This document shows, in pieces, positions 1 through 10,558 of a DNA stretch of 64,000 nucleotides. The translations under genes and the position numbers were made by a program. This DNA comes from an uncultured delta proteobacterium (GTDB lineage: Bacteria; Desulfobacterota; Syntrophorhabdia; Syntrophorhabdales; Syntrophorhabdaceae): NCBI GenBank assembly GCA_963746565.1, contig CAVVCD010000049.1, positions 3,249 through 67,248 on the forward strand, read 5' to 3'. The first letter of the stretch is position 1. Each line of letters begins with the position of its first letter. Below the pieces are notes generated by a model. The model saw nothing but the letters and a program-made list of their open reading frames with translations. It made no database searches and was not told the DNA's origin.

Positions 1-360
1 CGACAATTTTGTCGGAACAATAAAGCAGCATTTAAGGGGAAAACAGTTCGGAGTCGGAGTACCCGCTTGCGGGTCGCCGGAGTTCGGAGTAACAAGCAGT
101 AAAAGACCGTAAGACGTGGGATGTCTGTCCCTTCGAGACTTTGACGTAGGATGTGAGAAACGAAGCGTGATGCGTCCGAGTGAGTCACAGATTCTTTGGG
201 ACGAACGGACGTCCTAGCGCAGCGGGCGAGAGAGGCAGAAGTTGAGAAGCTAAGAAGTTAAGAGGATGAAAACATGGGTTTTCCTCAACTTCTCGATTTC
301 TGGTTTTCACAGGGGGAAAGATCCCGCTTGGGAAGGGACAGGCGTGAGCCCCAGAAATTA
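1..360 (+). repeat. Mosaic intergenic repeat cluster, copy 1 (cut by window edge)
   Basis: Contains agttcgg-type heptamers (45-90), the palindrome ACCCGC-tt-GCGGGT (61-74) and a 76-nt module C (105-180, 71/76 identical to 48748-48823). Also carries a ggacgtcc palindrome, gagaagtt words and a degenerate module A with a GGC-gtga-GCC hairpin (311-354). Same module order as 36355-36650 and 48715-49058. Confidence 0.7.
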
Positions 361-364
361 GAAG

Positions 365-437
365 TGCCGAGGGACGGAATTGAACCGCCGACACGGGGAT
401 TTTCAGTCCCCTGCTCTACCGACTGAGCTACCTCGGC
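365..437 (-). tRNA. tRNA-Phe (anticodon GAA)
   Basis: Reverse complement folds as a cloverleaf: GCCGAGG-TA-GCTC-AGTCGGTA-GAGC-A-GGGGA-CTGAAAA-TCCCC-GTGTC-GGCGG-TTCAATT-CCGTC-CCTCGGC-A. CCA is not encoded. Confidence 0.93.
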
Positions 438-497
438 ACGTTGATATTTAAAACACACTTGCTCGTTCTATGTCAAGAAATTCATATTTAGAGAGGA

Positions 498-526
498 CAG
501 GGGTCGAGGGTTCCAGGGGTCGAGGG
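498..526. repeat. Direct repeat, 2 x caggggtcgaggg with a 16-nt period
   Basis: Units at 498-510 and 514-526. Related ggttcaagg/ggttcgagg words occur at 48727-48745 and 50688-50715. Confidence 0.7.
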
Positions 527-660
527 CGGAAAAAGCAGAAAATCGCATATCGTATATCGTAAGATGAAAGTGGTTTGCGAAATACGACATGCTATATACG
601 CCATCACGTGCCTTTCAAAACCTTTTGACTTTATGACTGCTGTATGTTAACAAATTCACT

Positions 661-1901
661 ATGTCAGAATTGCTCACCAAACCATTTAAGGGTATCCTCT
701 ATAACCGCAAGAAAATTGACAACATCGCCTCATGCGTGTGTCCACCCTATGATGTTGTATCAAGCGTTCGAACATATTATGAGCGAAGTCCCTTCAACGC
801 CATCAGACTTGAACTCCCCATGTCGCAGCCTTCAATGGACAAGTACAACGTTGCCAAACACACCATGGAGCAATGGCTGAGAACCGGTGTGCTTCAGAAG
901 GATACGAGCGACACAATTTACGTGTACGATCAGGAGGTCATCGTTGATGAAATACACTACCTGAGGAGGGGCTTTATTGCCCTCAACAGACTTCAGAAGG
1001 AACGCATACTTACTCACGAACAGACAAGGAAAAAGGCAAAGGAAGATCGCGAAAGACTGATCACCACGCTGAAAACATATACCAGCCTGGTCTTTGCCCT
1101 CTATGAAGACAAAGAAGAGGCCATAGAAGACGTACTTATCGGTTCCCAGAAAGAGAAGCTCTATGATTTTGTCGATGAACAATCGATAACGAACAGATTT
1201 TACCGGATGACCAGCCCGGAAGATATTAAAAAGCTTGCATCTCTGATGGAGGAAAAGAAGATTTATATCGCCGATGGTCACCACAGGCTGGCCGTTTCAT
1301 ACAAGATTGGCCTGGACTATATCCCCCTTTATCTGACCAACATGTATTCAACGGGTATCGTGATTTTTCCTTACCACAGGATTATCAAATTCAACAAACC
1401 CAGAGGCCTCGCAGAGATACTGTCCCTTCTCGAAGAGTCTGTTGCCATTGAGAAATATCCCCTTACAGACATCGACTCAGTAAGAAACGCTGCGCACATG
1501 ATCAATGCAGCCCCAAAACCCTCGTACATAATGTATTCCAAAGATGACCCTGACAATTTTTACATTCTGTCAGAGAAGTTCCCGGTTTACACTGATCCAG
1601 AAGTTCATGAAAGTGTAAGAAAATTGAAGGTCAGCATACTCCACATGGGCATCCTGAAAAATATTCTCAAGGTGCAGGATGAGGAGATCTCCTTCACCCA
1701 GGCCCTCGATAAATCAGTTACCCAGATAAAGGATGGCACTCTTGATCTTGCCCTTTTCCTCCCCCCACCCTCGTGGAAGAAGTCAAGGAGATTGCTGATA
1801 ACAGCCTCGATATGCCTCCGAAATCAACCTTTTTCTATCCAAAGATACTCACCGGCCTCGTTTTCTACCAGTATGATACCGATTCGTCTTCATTCATATA
1901 A
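661..1901 (+). pseudogene. DUF1015 family protein with an apparent 1-nt deletion frameshift at a C6 run (1761-1766)
   Basis: ORF-track frame 661..1938 ends in nonsense (PPPSWKKSRRLL...). The frame starting at 1767/1770 reads [34 protein letters not shown], the conserved DUF1015 C-terminus, with a stop at 1899-1901. Confidence 0.8.
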
Positions 1902-1998
1902 CTTTGTTGACTTCGTCGTCATCTCGTCGACGTACTAACATGTACGTCTCCGTCGTTTCCTCCTCGTCGCCTCGTTCTACCTCTGAATACAAATTGGT

Positions 1999-2730
1999 AT
2001 GACTGAGGTTGCCGGCCAGGACGAAACCCTCGATATCCTGTGCGAAGATAGGCTGCAGATTATCCAGAGAAGGGATGGTTATCGATTCTCAATCGACGCA
2101 ATCCTTCTCGCAAATTTTATAACCCTCAAAAAACATGAACGTCTTTTGGATATTGGATCAGGTTGTGGTATTATGCCTATCTACATGTCGAAGAAGGGAT
2201 TTGCAAATGAAATGCTCGGCGTGGAGATACAGAAGGACCTGTACAACGCGTCCCTCAGGAATAAAACACTCAACTCTTGCGCCAACGTAGACTTCACCTG
2301 CGGTGACATAACCTCATGGGCTCAAACATTAAAGAGGTCTCCATTCCACGTTGTTATCTCGAACCCTCCCTATACAAAGGAACGGACCGGAAGAAAGAGT
2401 CCCTACCATTCAAGGCTCGTAGCCAGGTATGAGACTTCCTTGCATCTCTCTGATCTCATCTCAGTGTCTTCTTCCCTGCTTTACAAGAAGGGGAGATTTT
2501 ATGTCATATATCCCTCCAGAAGATTGGGGGAGCTTATAAGCGTCGCCGCCTCATACAAACTTGAAGCGAAACGGTTGAGATTTGTTCATCCGAAGAAGAA
2601 TGAAGGGGCAAACCTTTTTCTTGCAGAGTTTATCAAGGAGGGTGGCGTCGGCACAAGCGTTGAACAACCTCTTTACATTTTTGAGAATAGCAGATACACT
2701 GATGAGGTAAAAGGTTACTACGCATTGTAA
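1999..2730 (+). CDS. SAM-dependent methyltransferase, tRNA1(Val) m6A37 TrmN6/YfiC-like
   Basis: RRDGYRFSIDAILLA N-terminus, GSGCG SAM motif and a NPPY catalytic motif (VISNPPYTK). Confidence 0.7.
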   Translation: MTEVAGQDETLDILCEDRLQIIQRRDGYRFSIDAILLANFITLKKHERLLDIGSGCGIMPIYMSKKGFANEMLGVEIQKDLYNASLRNKTLNSCANVDFTCGDITSWAQTLKRSPFHVVISNPPYTKERTGRKSPYHSRLVARYETSLHLSDLISVSSSLLYKKGRFYVIYPSRRLGELISVAASYKLEAKRLRFVHPKKNEGANLFLAEFIKEGGVGTSVEQPLYIFENSRYTDEVKGYYAL

Positions 2731-2738
2731 GGTTAACT

Positions 2739-3707
2739 ATGGAATCCGTTACAAGACTCATCTCAGATGATCTGACAAAACTCGAATCGACAATCCAGCA
2801 GCTCATAACGACCAAGATCGGTTTCATCAAAGAGATCGTGAACCACATCATCAGATCCGGCGGGAAAAGGGTACGACCAATTCTTATCATTCTCACGGCA
2901 AGGCTTTGCGGGTACAAGGATGAAAAACATATCCCCTATGCGGCAATCGTAGAATTTATCCACACGGCAACCCTGCTGCATGACGACGTGGTAGATAATG
3001 CTCAGACCAGGCGAGGCTCATCCACTGCAAATACTGTCTGGGGAAACGAGCCAAGTGTGCTCGTCGGGGATTTCCTCTTTTCCAAATCCTTTGAACTCAT
3101 GACCCACAATGGCAACGAGGAGATCCTGAGGATTATGTCAGAGGCAACTACAGCCCTTGCAGAAGGAGAAATCCTCGAACTCTTGAAGACATGTGACGCT
3201 GATACAACTGAAAAAGAATACCTCGAGATAATCAATAACAAGACAGCGTCGCTATTTTCGGCCGCTTGCGAAGTGGGAGCAATCCTGGGGAAGGTAGATC
3301 AAAAAAAACGGCTTGCCTTGAAAGATTTCGGATATAACCTTGGCATGGCATTCCAGCTCACCGACGATGTCCTGGATTATATCTCCTACGATGCTGTGCT
3401 TGGCAAACGTGTAGGGACTGACCTCAAGGAAGGCAAGGTAACCCTTCCCCTGATCTATGCATTAAAATCCTCCACCGAGAAGGAAAAAACCTATATCAAC
3501 AATGTTCTCGGCAAAGCAAGGGTGACAGCCAAAGACTTTGAAAGAATCAGTAAGATTATAAGAAAATACGGTGGAGTAGAATATACAGTAAACGCAACCA
3601 AGCAGTTTATTGATGAAGCCAAGGGTAATTTGCAGTCTTTCCGGCCTTCAGCTTATAAAGAAAGCCTGATCACTCTTGCGGATTATATACTTGCAAGGGA
3701 AACGTGA
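2739..3707 (+). CDS. Polyprenyl (hepta/octaprenyl-type) diphosphate synthase
   Basis: Two Asp-rich motifs: LLHDDVVD and QLTDDVLD. Confidence 0.85.
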   Translation: MESVTRLISDDLTKLESTIQQLITTKIGFIKEIVNHIIRSGGKRVRPILIILTARLCGYKDEKHIPYAAIVEFIHTATLLHDDVVDNAQTRRGSSTANTVWGNEPSVLVGDFLFSKSFELMTHNGNEEILRIMSEATTALAEGEILELLKTCDADTTEKEYLEIINNKTASLFSAACEVGAILGKVDQKKRLALKDFGYNLGMAFQLTDDVLDYISYDAVLGKRVGTDLKEGKVTLPLIYALKSSTEKEKTYINNVLGKARVTAKDFERISKIIRKYGGVEYTVNATKQFIDEAKGNLQSFRPSAYKESLITLADYILARET

Positions 3708-3734
3708 TAAAACCGTGACGCGTAATGCGTGATC
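3703..3734. repeat. Heptamer-type array cgtgaNN (cgtgata, then cgtgacg cgtaatg cgtgatc)
   Basis: The first unit contains the TGA stop at 3705-3707. Three contiguous 7-nt units lie at 3714-3734. The family is the reverse complement of the gcgtcac array at 57984-58004. Confidence 0.6.
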
Positions 3735-3857
3735 AGTTTTTCCTCTTTTTATATCTGATTCTTAAGATTATTGAACCCCATAATGGTTTTGTTGTTGTTC
3801 GCTTTGCCCCTAGAACCCTTGGACCCTCGACTCCTTTGCTTTCAACCGTCACGGGCT

Positions 3858-5084
3858 TTAAAGAATGGCACCTTTGGGAATGACAACTATCCCTTCATCA
3901 GAAACAAAGAAACGCTGCCGGTCTTTTTCGAGGTCGTAACCAATCTTCATCCCTGCGGGAACCCTGACTCCCTTATCAATGATGGCCCTCTTCACCTTGG
4001 CGTGCATCCCTATGACAACATTGTGTAAGAGGATTGATTCGGTTACCTCGGCATAACTGTTTATCCTTACACCAGGAGAAATCAAAGAACGTTCTACTCT
4101 GCCACCGCTGATAATAACACCGCTGCAAATGATAGAATCCAGTGCCTTCCCGGCCCTCCCCTTGTCTTCATCTGCAAAAACAGTCTTTGCCGGCGGGTAT
4201 TGACCCTCATAGGTTCTTATAGGCCAGCTTCTGTCATAGAGATTGAACACCGGGCTCACAGAGGCAAGGTCCATATTGGCCTGGTAATAGGCATCAATCG
4301 TCCCGATATCCCTCCAGTAATCCGCATCCTTGCCACCGGTCATGCCAAACCTGTACACAAATACCCTATGATTGGGGTACATATACGGCATAATATCCTT
4401 GCCGAAATCGTGGGAGGTTTCCATGCCGGCATCCTTATTGAGGATATCAATCAGGGTTTTCCTGTTGAATATATAGACGCCCATTGAGACAAAGGCTTTA
4501 CCGCGCTTTCCCGGAATCGCTTTCGGGCGTTCGGGTTTTTCTTCAAAGCCGCATACCTTGCCCGTCTCGTCGACCTGGATTACACCAAAACGGTGAGCCT
4601 CCCTGAGATCAACCTCAATTGCCGAAATAGTAAGATCAGCCCTCCTTCTTTGATGATACCGAATAAAGTGGCCGTAATCCATCTTGTAAATGTGGTCGCC
4701 AGAGAGGATCAGGACGTAGTCCTCATCAATCTGTTCCAGATGGTAAATATTCTGGTACACAGCATCAGCAGTCCCCTTGTACCAGTCTTCTCCAACACGC
4801 ATCTGGGGGGAGAGATGGACGAGGAACTCCCCGAGTTCCGGGCTGAAGATATTCCATGCATCCCGCGTGTGCAGCGCGAGGGAGAAAGATTTGTACTGGG
4901 GCAGAATAAAGATTTTCCGAATACCGGAATTGACACAGTTACTCAGGGTATAATCAATGACCCGGTATTTCCCCCCAAACGGAACAGCCGGCTTCGCGCG
5001 ATCCCGCGTTAAAGGGTGGAGACGAACCCCGACACCGCCGGCCAGTACAAAAGCAACTGCGTTATGGATAATTTTTGACTTCAT
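3858..5084 (-). CDS. glgC: Glucose-1-phosphate adenylyltransferase
   Basis: LAGGVGVRLHPLTRDRAKPAVPFGG motif, PF/KF region and a left-handed beta-helix C-terminus. The ORF track starts at GTG 5129; I prefer ATG 5084 (MKSKIIHNAVAFVLAGG). Confidence 0.88.
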   Translation of the reverse strand: MKSKIIHNAVAFVLAGGVGVRLHPLTRDRAKPAVPFGGKYRVIDYTLSNCVNSGIRKIFILPQYKSFSLALHTRDAWNIFSPELGEFLVHLSPQMRVGEDWYKGTADAVYQNIYHLEQIDEDYVLILSGDHIYKMDYGHFIRYHQRRRADLTISAIEVDLREAHRFGVIQVDETGKVCGFEEKPERPKAIPGKRGKAFVSMGVYIFNRKTLIDILNKDAGMETSHDFGKDIMPYMYPNHRVFVYRFGMTGGKDADYWRDIGTIDAYYQANMDLASVSPVFNLYDRSWPIRTYEGQYPPAKTVFADEDKGRAGKALDSIICSGVIISGGRVERSLISPGVRINSYAEVTESILLHNVVIGMHAKVKRAIIDKGVRVPAGMKIGYDLEKDRQRFFVSDEGIVVIPKGAIL

Positions 5085-5283
5085 TGCACCTACTACATTA
5101 TTAGCACATTCCCGAAAATAATCAATCACTAATTGAGCTCATATGTATGCGTGTGGTTCATAAATAATTGGTTTTACCGGGGCGAAATCCCGCCTTCATC
5201 CACGGCAGTCTGATTATTTCTTGGCGGGATAAAGAATTTCCTTGCGCGAGACAATAACTTGTTGTAATTTCAGGATTACACTC

Positions 5284-7293
5284 ATGAACATCTATTGCGT
5301 ACCACCCCTTTTGAGCGCAATCGTCCTCTTTACGCTTTTTCTCATGGGTATTCTCAAGGCAAAAGCATCCAGGGCAAATTTACTTTTTGCCTTCATATGC
5401 CTTATTGGCTTCTTTTTAAATACAGATAAAGCAATCCTCACCGCAGTGCACAATCCCCTCATTGCTTTGTGGTTGAGCAGAATCGATCACGCCTTTCTTG
5501 TTTTTGTGATCCCTCTCTATCTTCATTTTGCAGTCATTGTTACCGGATATCGCAAGTGGCTCCCTGTTGTAAAAGCCTGCTACGTAGTGGCATTTCTTTT
5601 CATCCCCCTTACCCAGCACCCCCTCTACTTGACCGGGGTAAAAAGATTCTTTTTTGGTTTCTTTGCCATGTCAGGACCTCTATTTTACATCTTTGGTGCC
5701 TTCAGTTCTGCAAGCGTTATCCTGTCCATTTGCCTTTTTGTCAAAAGCCTCAAGGAAGAACGGGTTGCTATAAAAAGGACAAGGGTCAAGTATATCCTTC
5801 TCAGTTTCGGTCTTGCAGCTACTGTCACGCACGTTGACATCATCACTATGATGGGCCACGAGATGTATCCCTTGGGCAACTTTGCATTTATCCCAATGTC
5901 CCTTCTCGGTTATGCCATCTTTAAACATGATGTTATGGAGTGGAAAATTTTTCTCAATAAGGGGATGGTCTTCCTGACGCTCTTCCTCATGTCTTTAGGA
6001 TTCTTCTTAGGCGTTGTAGTTATCCTGAGACACCTCTTGGGAGAGGCCTTTGATGGGGATCTCATCTATATAATGTCGATGATCACCACCTTTGTCTTGA
6101 TCTATTTTTCGAGCCAGAAGGTCTACAGTACCATTACGCAATTCCTGCAGCAGGAGTTTCTCAGAAACAGAAAAGCGTTGAGAGGCCTGAGTTCAGAAAT
6201 TCTTACGCTCTTAAAAATAAGTGATCTAAAAGCAAAGGTGATTGATGGACTTTCCGGGACCTTTGGACTAGAAAAGTGTGAAATTAAGACTGTTCCGAGG
6301 ATTGATAGCAACGAGGGGGCTATCTTCCTCGAAGAACGGGATCCTTTCTGGCGATTAGGTTACAGGCTTTCAATACCGATTTCGTCAAAATCGAGCCCCT
6401 CCTATCTTCTCCTTGGAGAGAAACAAACTATGAGCCTCTACACAGGTGAAGAGACAGAAATCCTCATGATGCTTGCAAACAATGTTGCCCTCGCATTCGA
6501 CAATGCGGATGCATATACAAAATTGCAGGATTTCTCTCTTTCCCTGGAACAGCTTGTTGACGAACGGACCAAGGCACTCATCCAGAGCGAGAGCCTTGCA
6601 GCGGTCGGGCGGCTGGCCGCAGGGGTTGCCCATGAGTTGAATAATCCCCTTGCGAGCGTTATGAGCACCCTCGAATATCAGATTGATCACCTGAAGGAAA
6701 ATGACGAATTGCGCGATGATCTTGCCTTCTCATTAAGCGAATTACGACGGGCCCGGGATATTGTAAAAAGCCTCCTCGATGCATCTCGCCAGAGGGAAGA
6801 GACAAAGGAACTTGTAGATATCCACACACCTATTGAGGATGCCCTTAAAGTGCTATACAACCAGTATAAAAATAAAAAAATTACTGTTATCCGGATATTC
6901 AATGCAGAGAACAGCCTCATCAGGGGAAATACACCAAGGCTCTGCCAGGTTTTTATCAATATTATAAAAAATGCAATCGATGCAATAGGTGAAAAAGAAG
7001 GGCGCATTACCATCGAAACGGCAAATGAATGCCTTCCATCTCAGAACAGAGGACCTACCGGGACTCCGGGGGATATGGTTGTCTGTAAAATCACGGATGA
7101 TGGGGAAGGGATCGATAAAAAAGACCTTCAGGACATATTTAAACCCTTCTTCACGACAAAGTCACAGGGAAAGGGGATTGGGCTTGGGCTATTCATTGTC
7201 CACGAGATCATAAAAGACCATCAAGGGTCAATTCAGGTAGAAAGCGATAAAGGGAGGGGTACTATCTTTACTCTTATTTTCCCATCCCACTAA
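5284..7293 (+). CDS. Sensor histidine kinase with a 7-TM N-terminal input domain
   Basis: About 7 hydrophobic helices, then a HisKA H-box (AHELNNPLAS) and HATPase N/G boxes (NAIDA, DDGEGI, GIGLGL). Start taken at ATG 5284. Confidence 0.8.
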   Translation: MNIYCVPPLLSAIVLFTLFLMGILKAKASRANLLFAFICLIGFFLNTDKAILTAVHNPLIALWLSRIDHAFLVFVIPLYLHFAVIVTGYRKWLPVVKACYVVAFLFIPLTQHPLYLTGVKRFFFGFFAMSGPLFYIFGAFSSASVILSICLFVKSLKEERVAIKRTRVKYILLSFGLAATVTHVDIITMMGHEMYPLGNFAFIPMSLLGYAIFKHDVMEWKIFLNKGMVFLTLFLMSLGFFLGVVVILRHLLGEAFDGDLIYIMSMITTFVLIYFSSQKVYSTITQFLQQEFLRNRKALRGLSSEILTLLKISDLKAKVIDGLSGTFGLEKCEIKTVPRIDSNEGAIFLEERDPFWRLGYRLSIPISSKSSPSYLLLGEKQTMSLYTGEETEILMMLANNVALAFDNADAYTKLQDFSLSLEQLVDERTKALIQSESLAAVGRLAAGVAHELNNPLASVMSTLEYQIDHLKENDELRDDLAFSLSELRRARDIVKSLLDASRQREETKELVDIHTPIEDALKVLYNQYKNKKITVIRIFNAENSLIRGNTPRLCQVFINIIKNAIDAIGEKEGRITIETANECLPSQNRGPTGTPGDMVVCKITDDGEGIDKKDLQDIFKPFFTTKSQGKGIGLGLFIVHEIIKDHQGSIQVESDKGRGTIFTLIFPSH

Positions 7294-7951
7294 CAATAAT
7301 AAGATATTCCCCCTTTGGTTCCTCATCACTTAATGTGGTAATGAGTTCGTCCATATTCCCCCTCATGACCCGTTCGTAGACCTTTGTCATCTCTTTAATC
7401 ACCACAGCTGACCTGTTTCCCAGCTCTTCACGCATACACCGCAGCGTCTCAAGGAGTTTTCGTGGCGATTCATAAAAAACGATGGGATAAGGAAAAGTCG
7501 AAAACTCCCGCAGCACCTTTCGCTTCTTGCCTTGCCTCTGGGGCAAGAATCCATAGAAAAGAAACCTGTCAACATAAAGGCCGGAGATTGAGATAGCCCC
7601 TGCAGCAGCCGAGGGACCCGGTATGGCCTTTACATCCACCCCAGCATCATAACACGCCTTCACGACTAACCCTCCAGGGTCAGAGATACACGGTGTCCCA
7701 GCGCCTGATATGAGGGCGCAGGATTTTCCCGAAGCAATCTGCCATGCAATGCTCTTTGCCTTTCTCTCCTCGTTATAGCTATTGATTGTAATCATTGGTT
7801 TACGAATGGAGAGGTGGCTTAAAAGCTTTAAAGCGCGTTCCCTGTTTTCAGCCACAACGAGATCAACATCCTGTAAAACCTCAATTGCCCGCAAAGTAAT
7901 ATCTTTCAAATTTCCAATCGGAGTTGCAACAACATACAACACGCCATTCAC
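7274..7951 (-). CDS. rsmI: 16S rRNA (cytidine1402-2'-O)-methyltransferase
   Basis: LYVVATPIGNLKDITLRA, ISDPG, GFLP and FYESPRK motifs. The 3' end overlaps the convergent kinase gene by 20 nt. Confidence 0.85.
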   Translation of the reverse strand: MNGVLYVVATPIGNLKDITLRAIEVLQDVDLVVAENRERALKLLSHLSIRKPMITINSYNEERKAKSIAWQIASGKSCALISGAGTPCISDPGGLVVKACYDAGVDVKAIPGPSAAAGAISISGLYVDRFLFYGFLPQRQGKKRKVLREFSTFPYPIVFYESPRKLLETLRCMREELGNRSAVVIKEMTKVYERVMRGNMDELITTLSDEEPKGEYLIIVSGMGK

Positions 7952-8005
7952 ATGATACCCCCTTCCAGCGAGTTATTTCCTTTAGCTTAGCATATGTCCG
8001 GGTAA

Positions 8006-8030
8006 CAGGCTATCAGGCTATGGGCTATAG
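8006..8030. repeat. Tandem caggctat caggctat gggctat ag words
   Basis: Read directly from the sequence. The same ggctat word family occurs at 22831-22844, 33883-33896 and 57873-57895. Confidence 0.6.
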
Positions 8031-8219
8031 ATAATTCAAATACTATCCTAATGAAGTTCCTATAACCTATTGCCCATGTGCCCTATTTTTGCGATGTTAT
8101 TGTGTTCCATGTCATTTACATTGGGTATTCGAAGTATTAAATTCTAATGGTGTTTACCGATAAGAGTATTGAAGTGCAAAAGGCTTGACAATTGTGACAA
8201 AGTTTAAGAAAATAGGAAA

Positions 8220-8816
8220 ATGATACTGAAATTTCTCTTGATCTTCTTGATCTGTTTGATTCCGCTCAATGGTCTATGTGGCATTTATGGCTACGTAGAC
8301 GATGGCGGTGTATACCATTTTACCAATATTAAACCTGCGGGCAAGAAAAATTATCAGGTTGTGATTCCTGATAGGCCTAACACGTCTGCAACGTTTTATA
8401 CAAAAGGCATCGATACCGATCGCTACGACTCACTTATTATGCAACACTCTTACAATCATGGCGTGGATCCATCACTTGTGAAGGCTGTCATGAAAGCAGA
8501 GTCGAATTTTAATCCTCAAGCTTTGTCCCAAAAGGGGGCTCAGGGTCTCATGCAGCTTATGCCTGACACTGCAAGACATATGAGCGTTTATGACCCGTTC
8601 GACCCTGATGAAAATATCAGGGGAGGCACGAGGTACCTGAGACTTCTTGACGAGACCTTCCAGGGAAACCTCGAACTTATTCTGGCTGCCTATAATGCAG
8701 GGCCGAACAGAGTGAAAGAACACAAGATGAATGTTCCGCCAATTGAAGAAACACGGAATTTTATCAAACGGGTAAAACAATACTACAACAAGCTAAAAAA
8801 CCCCAATGAAGGTTAG
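8220..8816 (+). CDS. Lytic transglycosylase (SLT domain) with a DUF4124-like N-terminus
   Basis: Signal sequence, YGYVDDGGVYHFTN motif, catalytic AESNFNPQALSQKGAQGLMQLMP and AYNAGP. Confidence 0.85.
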   Translation: MILKFLLIFLICLIPLNGLCGIYGYVDDGGVYHFTNIKPAGKKNYQVVIPDRPNTSATFYTKGIDTDRYDSLIMQHSYNHGVDPSLVKAVMKAESNFNPQALSQKGAQGLMQLMPDTARHMSVYDPFDPDENIRGGTRYLRLLDETFQGNLELILAAYNAGPNRVKEHKMNVPPIEETRNFIKRVKQYYNKLKNPNEG

Positions 8817-9384
8817 GGACGAGGCAGCTTCTCTCTGGACGCTGCCCAATCGCTTATCTATTCTCAGAATCCTTTTTATTCCTGTAATAGTATTTTTTAT
8901 CTCAACACAGGAAGACGGCCTCCTCCTTGCTTCATGCCTTCTTTTCATTATCGCGGGAATCACTGATGGACTCGATGGTTATCTGGCGAGAAAAATGAAT
9001 TTAACATCCAAGCTCGGCCTCTACCTTGATCCTATTGCTGATAAACTACTCGTTTCTTCGGTTCTGATAACCCTCACTTATTATCATCAAATACCGCTCT
9101 GGGTTACGCTCATCCTTGTGGGGCGGGAGTTTCTTATCAATGGTTTGCGGGCTTTTTATGCAATGGAAGGAATAGCAATCTATCCGTCATCCTCTGGGAA
9201 GATCAAGACAGCACTTCAGTTAATAGGGATATCATGCATACTTTTCAATATTGCATTAGAACGCATCGATGCAATTGCCCACCAGATCGGCCTTATTATT
9301 ATCTATGCTGCGTTATTTTTCAGTATTTACTCGGCAGTCAACTACCTTACCGCTCTTTTCAGACCATCTGGCCTAAAAAGTTGA
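8806..9384 (+). CDS. pgsA: CDP-diacylglycerol--glycerol-3-phosphate 3-phosphatidyltransferase
   Basis: CDP-alcohol phosphatidyltransferase motif DGLDGYLARK...G..LDPIADK. Overlaps the SLT gene by 11 nt. Confidence 0.85.
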   Translation: MKVRDEAASLWTLPNRLSILRILFIPVIVFFISTQEDGLLLASCLLFIIAGITDGLDGYLARKMNLTSKLGLYLDPIADKLLVSSVLITLTYYHQIPLWVTLILVGREFLINGLRAFYAMEGIAIYPSSSGKIKTALQLIGISCILFNIALERIDAIAHQIGLIIIYAALFFSIYSAVNYLTALFRPSGLKS

Positions 9385-9414
9385 GAAGTTGAGTAGTTAC
9401 GTAGATGAGTGAGT
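9383..9414. repeat. 8-nt periodic array gagaagtt gagtagtt acgtagat gagtgagt
   Basis: Starts inside the pgsA TGA stop (9382-9384). The inverted word set ctcatcttcttaacttc follows at 9436-9452. Confidence 0.55.
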
Positions 9415-9435
9415 TGTGACTTAATTCTTAGTTTC

Positions 9436-10557
9436 TCATCTTCTTAACTTCTGTTTCTTACCCTGTCCACAGATGCCGCATTCTTGGCACCAGCTCTTTT
9501 TTCCATCATCTGCGTAAGAACCTTCCTCACCGGAAGGACTCTCCAGATGAAGCAATTTACCATTGCGTCTTTTCAGATATTGGTAATCGAGTGGCACTTT
9601 TCCAAAGCCACCGGTAATATCCAAGGCATACTGAGGCATTGCAAGGCCAGACCCATTCTTTCTCAGGAAATGGATGATTTGGATTCCCTTTTTAATACCT
9701 GTCTTAAAATGCATGGCACCCTTAACCTCGTCGAGCTGAAAAAGATAATAGGGCTTTACCCCAATCGATACCAGCATTTCAAAAAGCTTCAAAAGTATAT
9801 GAGGGCAATCGTTAATGCCCCGCAGGAGGACTGTTTGGCTCACCAAGCTGGCGCCTGCTTCCCGTAGCTTTTTCACAGCATCAACGAATTCCGGCGATAC
9901 CTCCGTCGGATGGTTTATATGAATGACAACCCATACAGGTGAAAGCTTCGATATCGCCTTCAAGTGCCCTTTTTTCAGCCCTTCCGGATAAACTACAGGC
10001 AGCCTTGTGCTTATCCTGACCGTTTTAATCCGGCTAACGTTTTTCAACCTTTCCATCATATATGAGAAATCATCTGTTGGAAGAGTAAAAGGATCACCTC
10101 CTGAGACAATAACCTCCCTCAAGTCCTCATCGCCCTCCATGTAACTGAAACTCTCTTCCCACGAGGCCCCCGGATCACGGTTTCTGCCTACAAATCTTCG
10201 CCTGTTACAAAACCTGCAATACATTGCACAGTGAAAAGTGGCAAGAAAAACACCTCGTCCGGGATACTTTTTTATAAAGGAAGTTGTTACTGAAAAACGT
10301 TGTTCATCGAGAGGATCAGCTTGACCGGTTCGAATAAGCTCAGCCTTCGAAGGAACAGATTGCCTTCTCAAGGGACATGCTGGATTTTCTTTGTCAGCCA
10401 GATTAAGGTAGAATTCAGGTATTTTTAGCGGGAAAACATCAGATACCTTTTGTATTTCTTTCTTAGCTTCTTCAGTGAGGTAAATATGTTTGGAAAGTTG
10501 TTCTACGTTGGAAAGGAAAGGGAGGGTAGCAGATCTACCCTCCTCCTTTCTTGGCAA
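9436..10557 (-). CDS. KamA-family radical SAM aminomutase (lysine 2,3-aminomutase-like)
   Basis: CAMYCRFCNRRR (CxxxCxxC), GGDP, a C-terminal Cys cluster CQECGIC, and FPLKIPEFYLNL...NPACPLRRQSVP upstream. Start is uncertain. The ORF runs to 10674 but that part overlaps pal, so I use TTG 10557. Confidence 0.75.
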   Translation of the reverse strand: MPRKEEGRSATLPFLSNVEQLSKHIYLTEEAKKEIQKVSDVFPLKIPEFYLNLADKENPACPLRRQSVPSKAELIRTGQADPLDEQRFSVTTSFIKKYPGRGVFLATFHCAMYCRFCNRRRFVGRNRDPGASWEESFSYMEGDEDLREVIVSGGDPFTLPTDDFSYMMERLKNVSRIKTVRISTRLPVVYPEGLKKGHLKAISKLSPVWVVIHINHPTEVSPEFVDAVKKLREAGASLVSQTVLLRGINDCPHILLKLFEMLVSIGVKPYYLFQLDEVKGAMHFKTGIKKGIQIIHFLRKNGSGLAMPQYALDITGGFGKVPLDYQYLKRRNGKLLHLESPSGEEGSYADDGKKSWCQECGICGQGKKQKLRR

Positions 10558-10558
10558 T

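Noticed and set aside
8185-8213. TTGACA-17 nt-GAAAAT as the promoter of the SLT gene.
   Set aside because: The -10 element would place the TSS on or after the ATG at 8220. That leaves no room for the aggaaa SD, so the call is too speculative.
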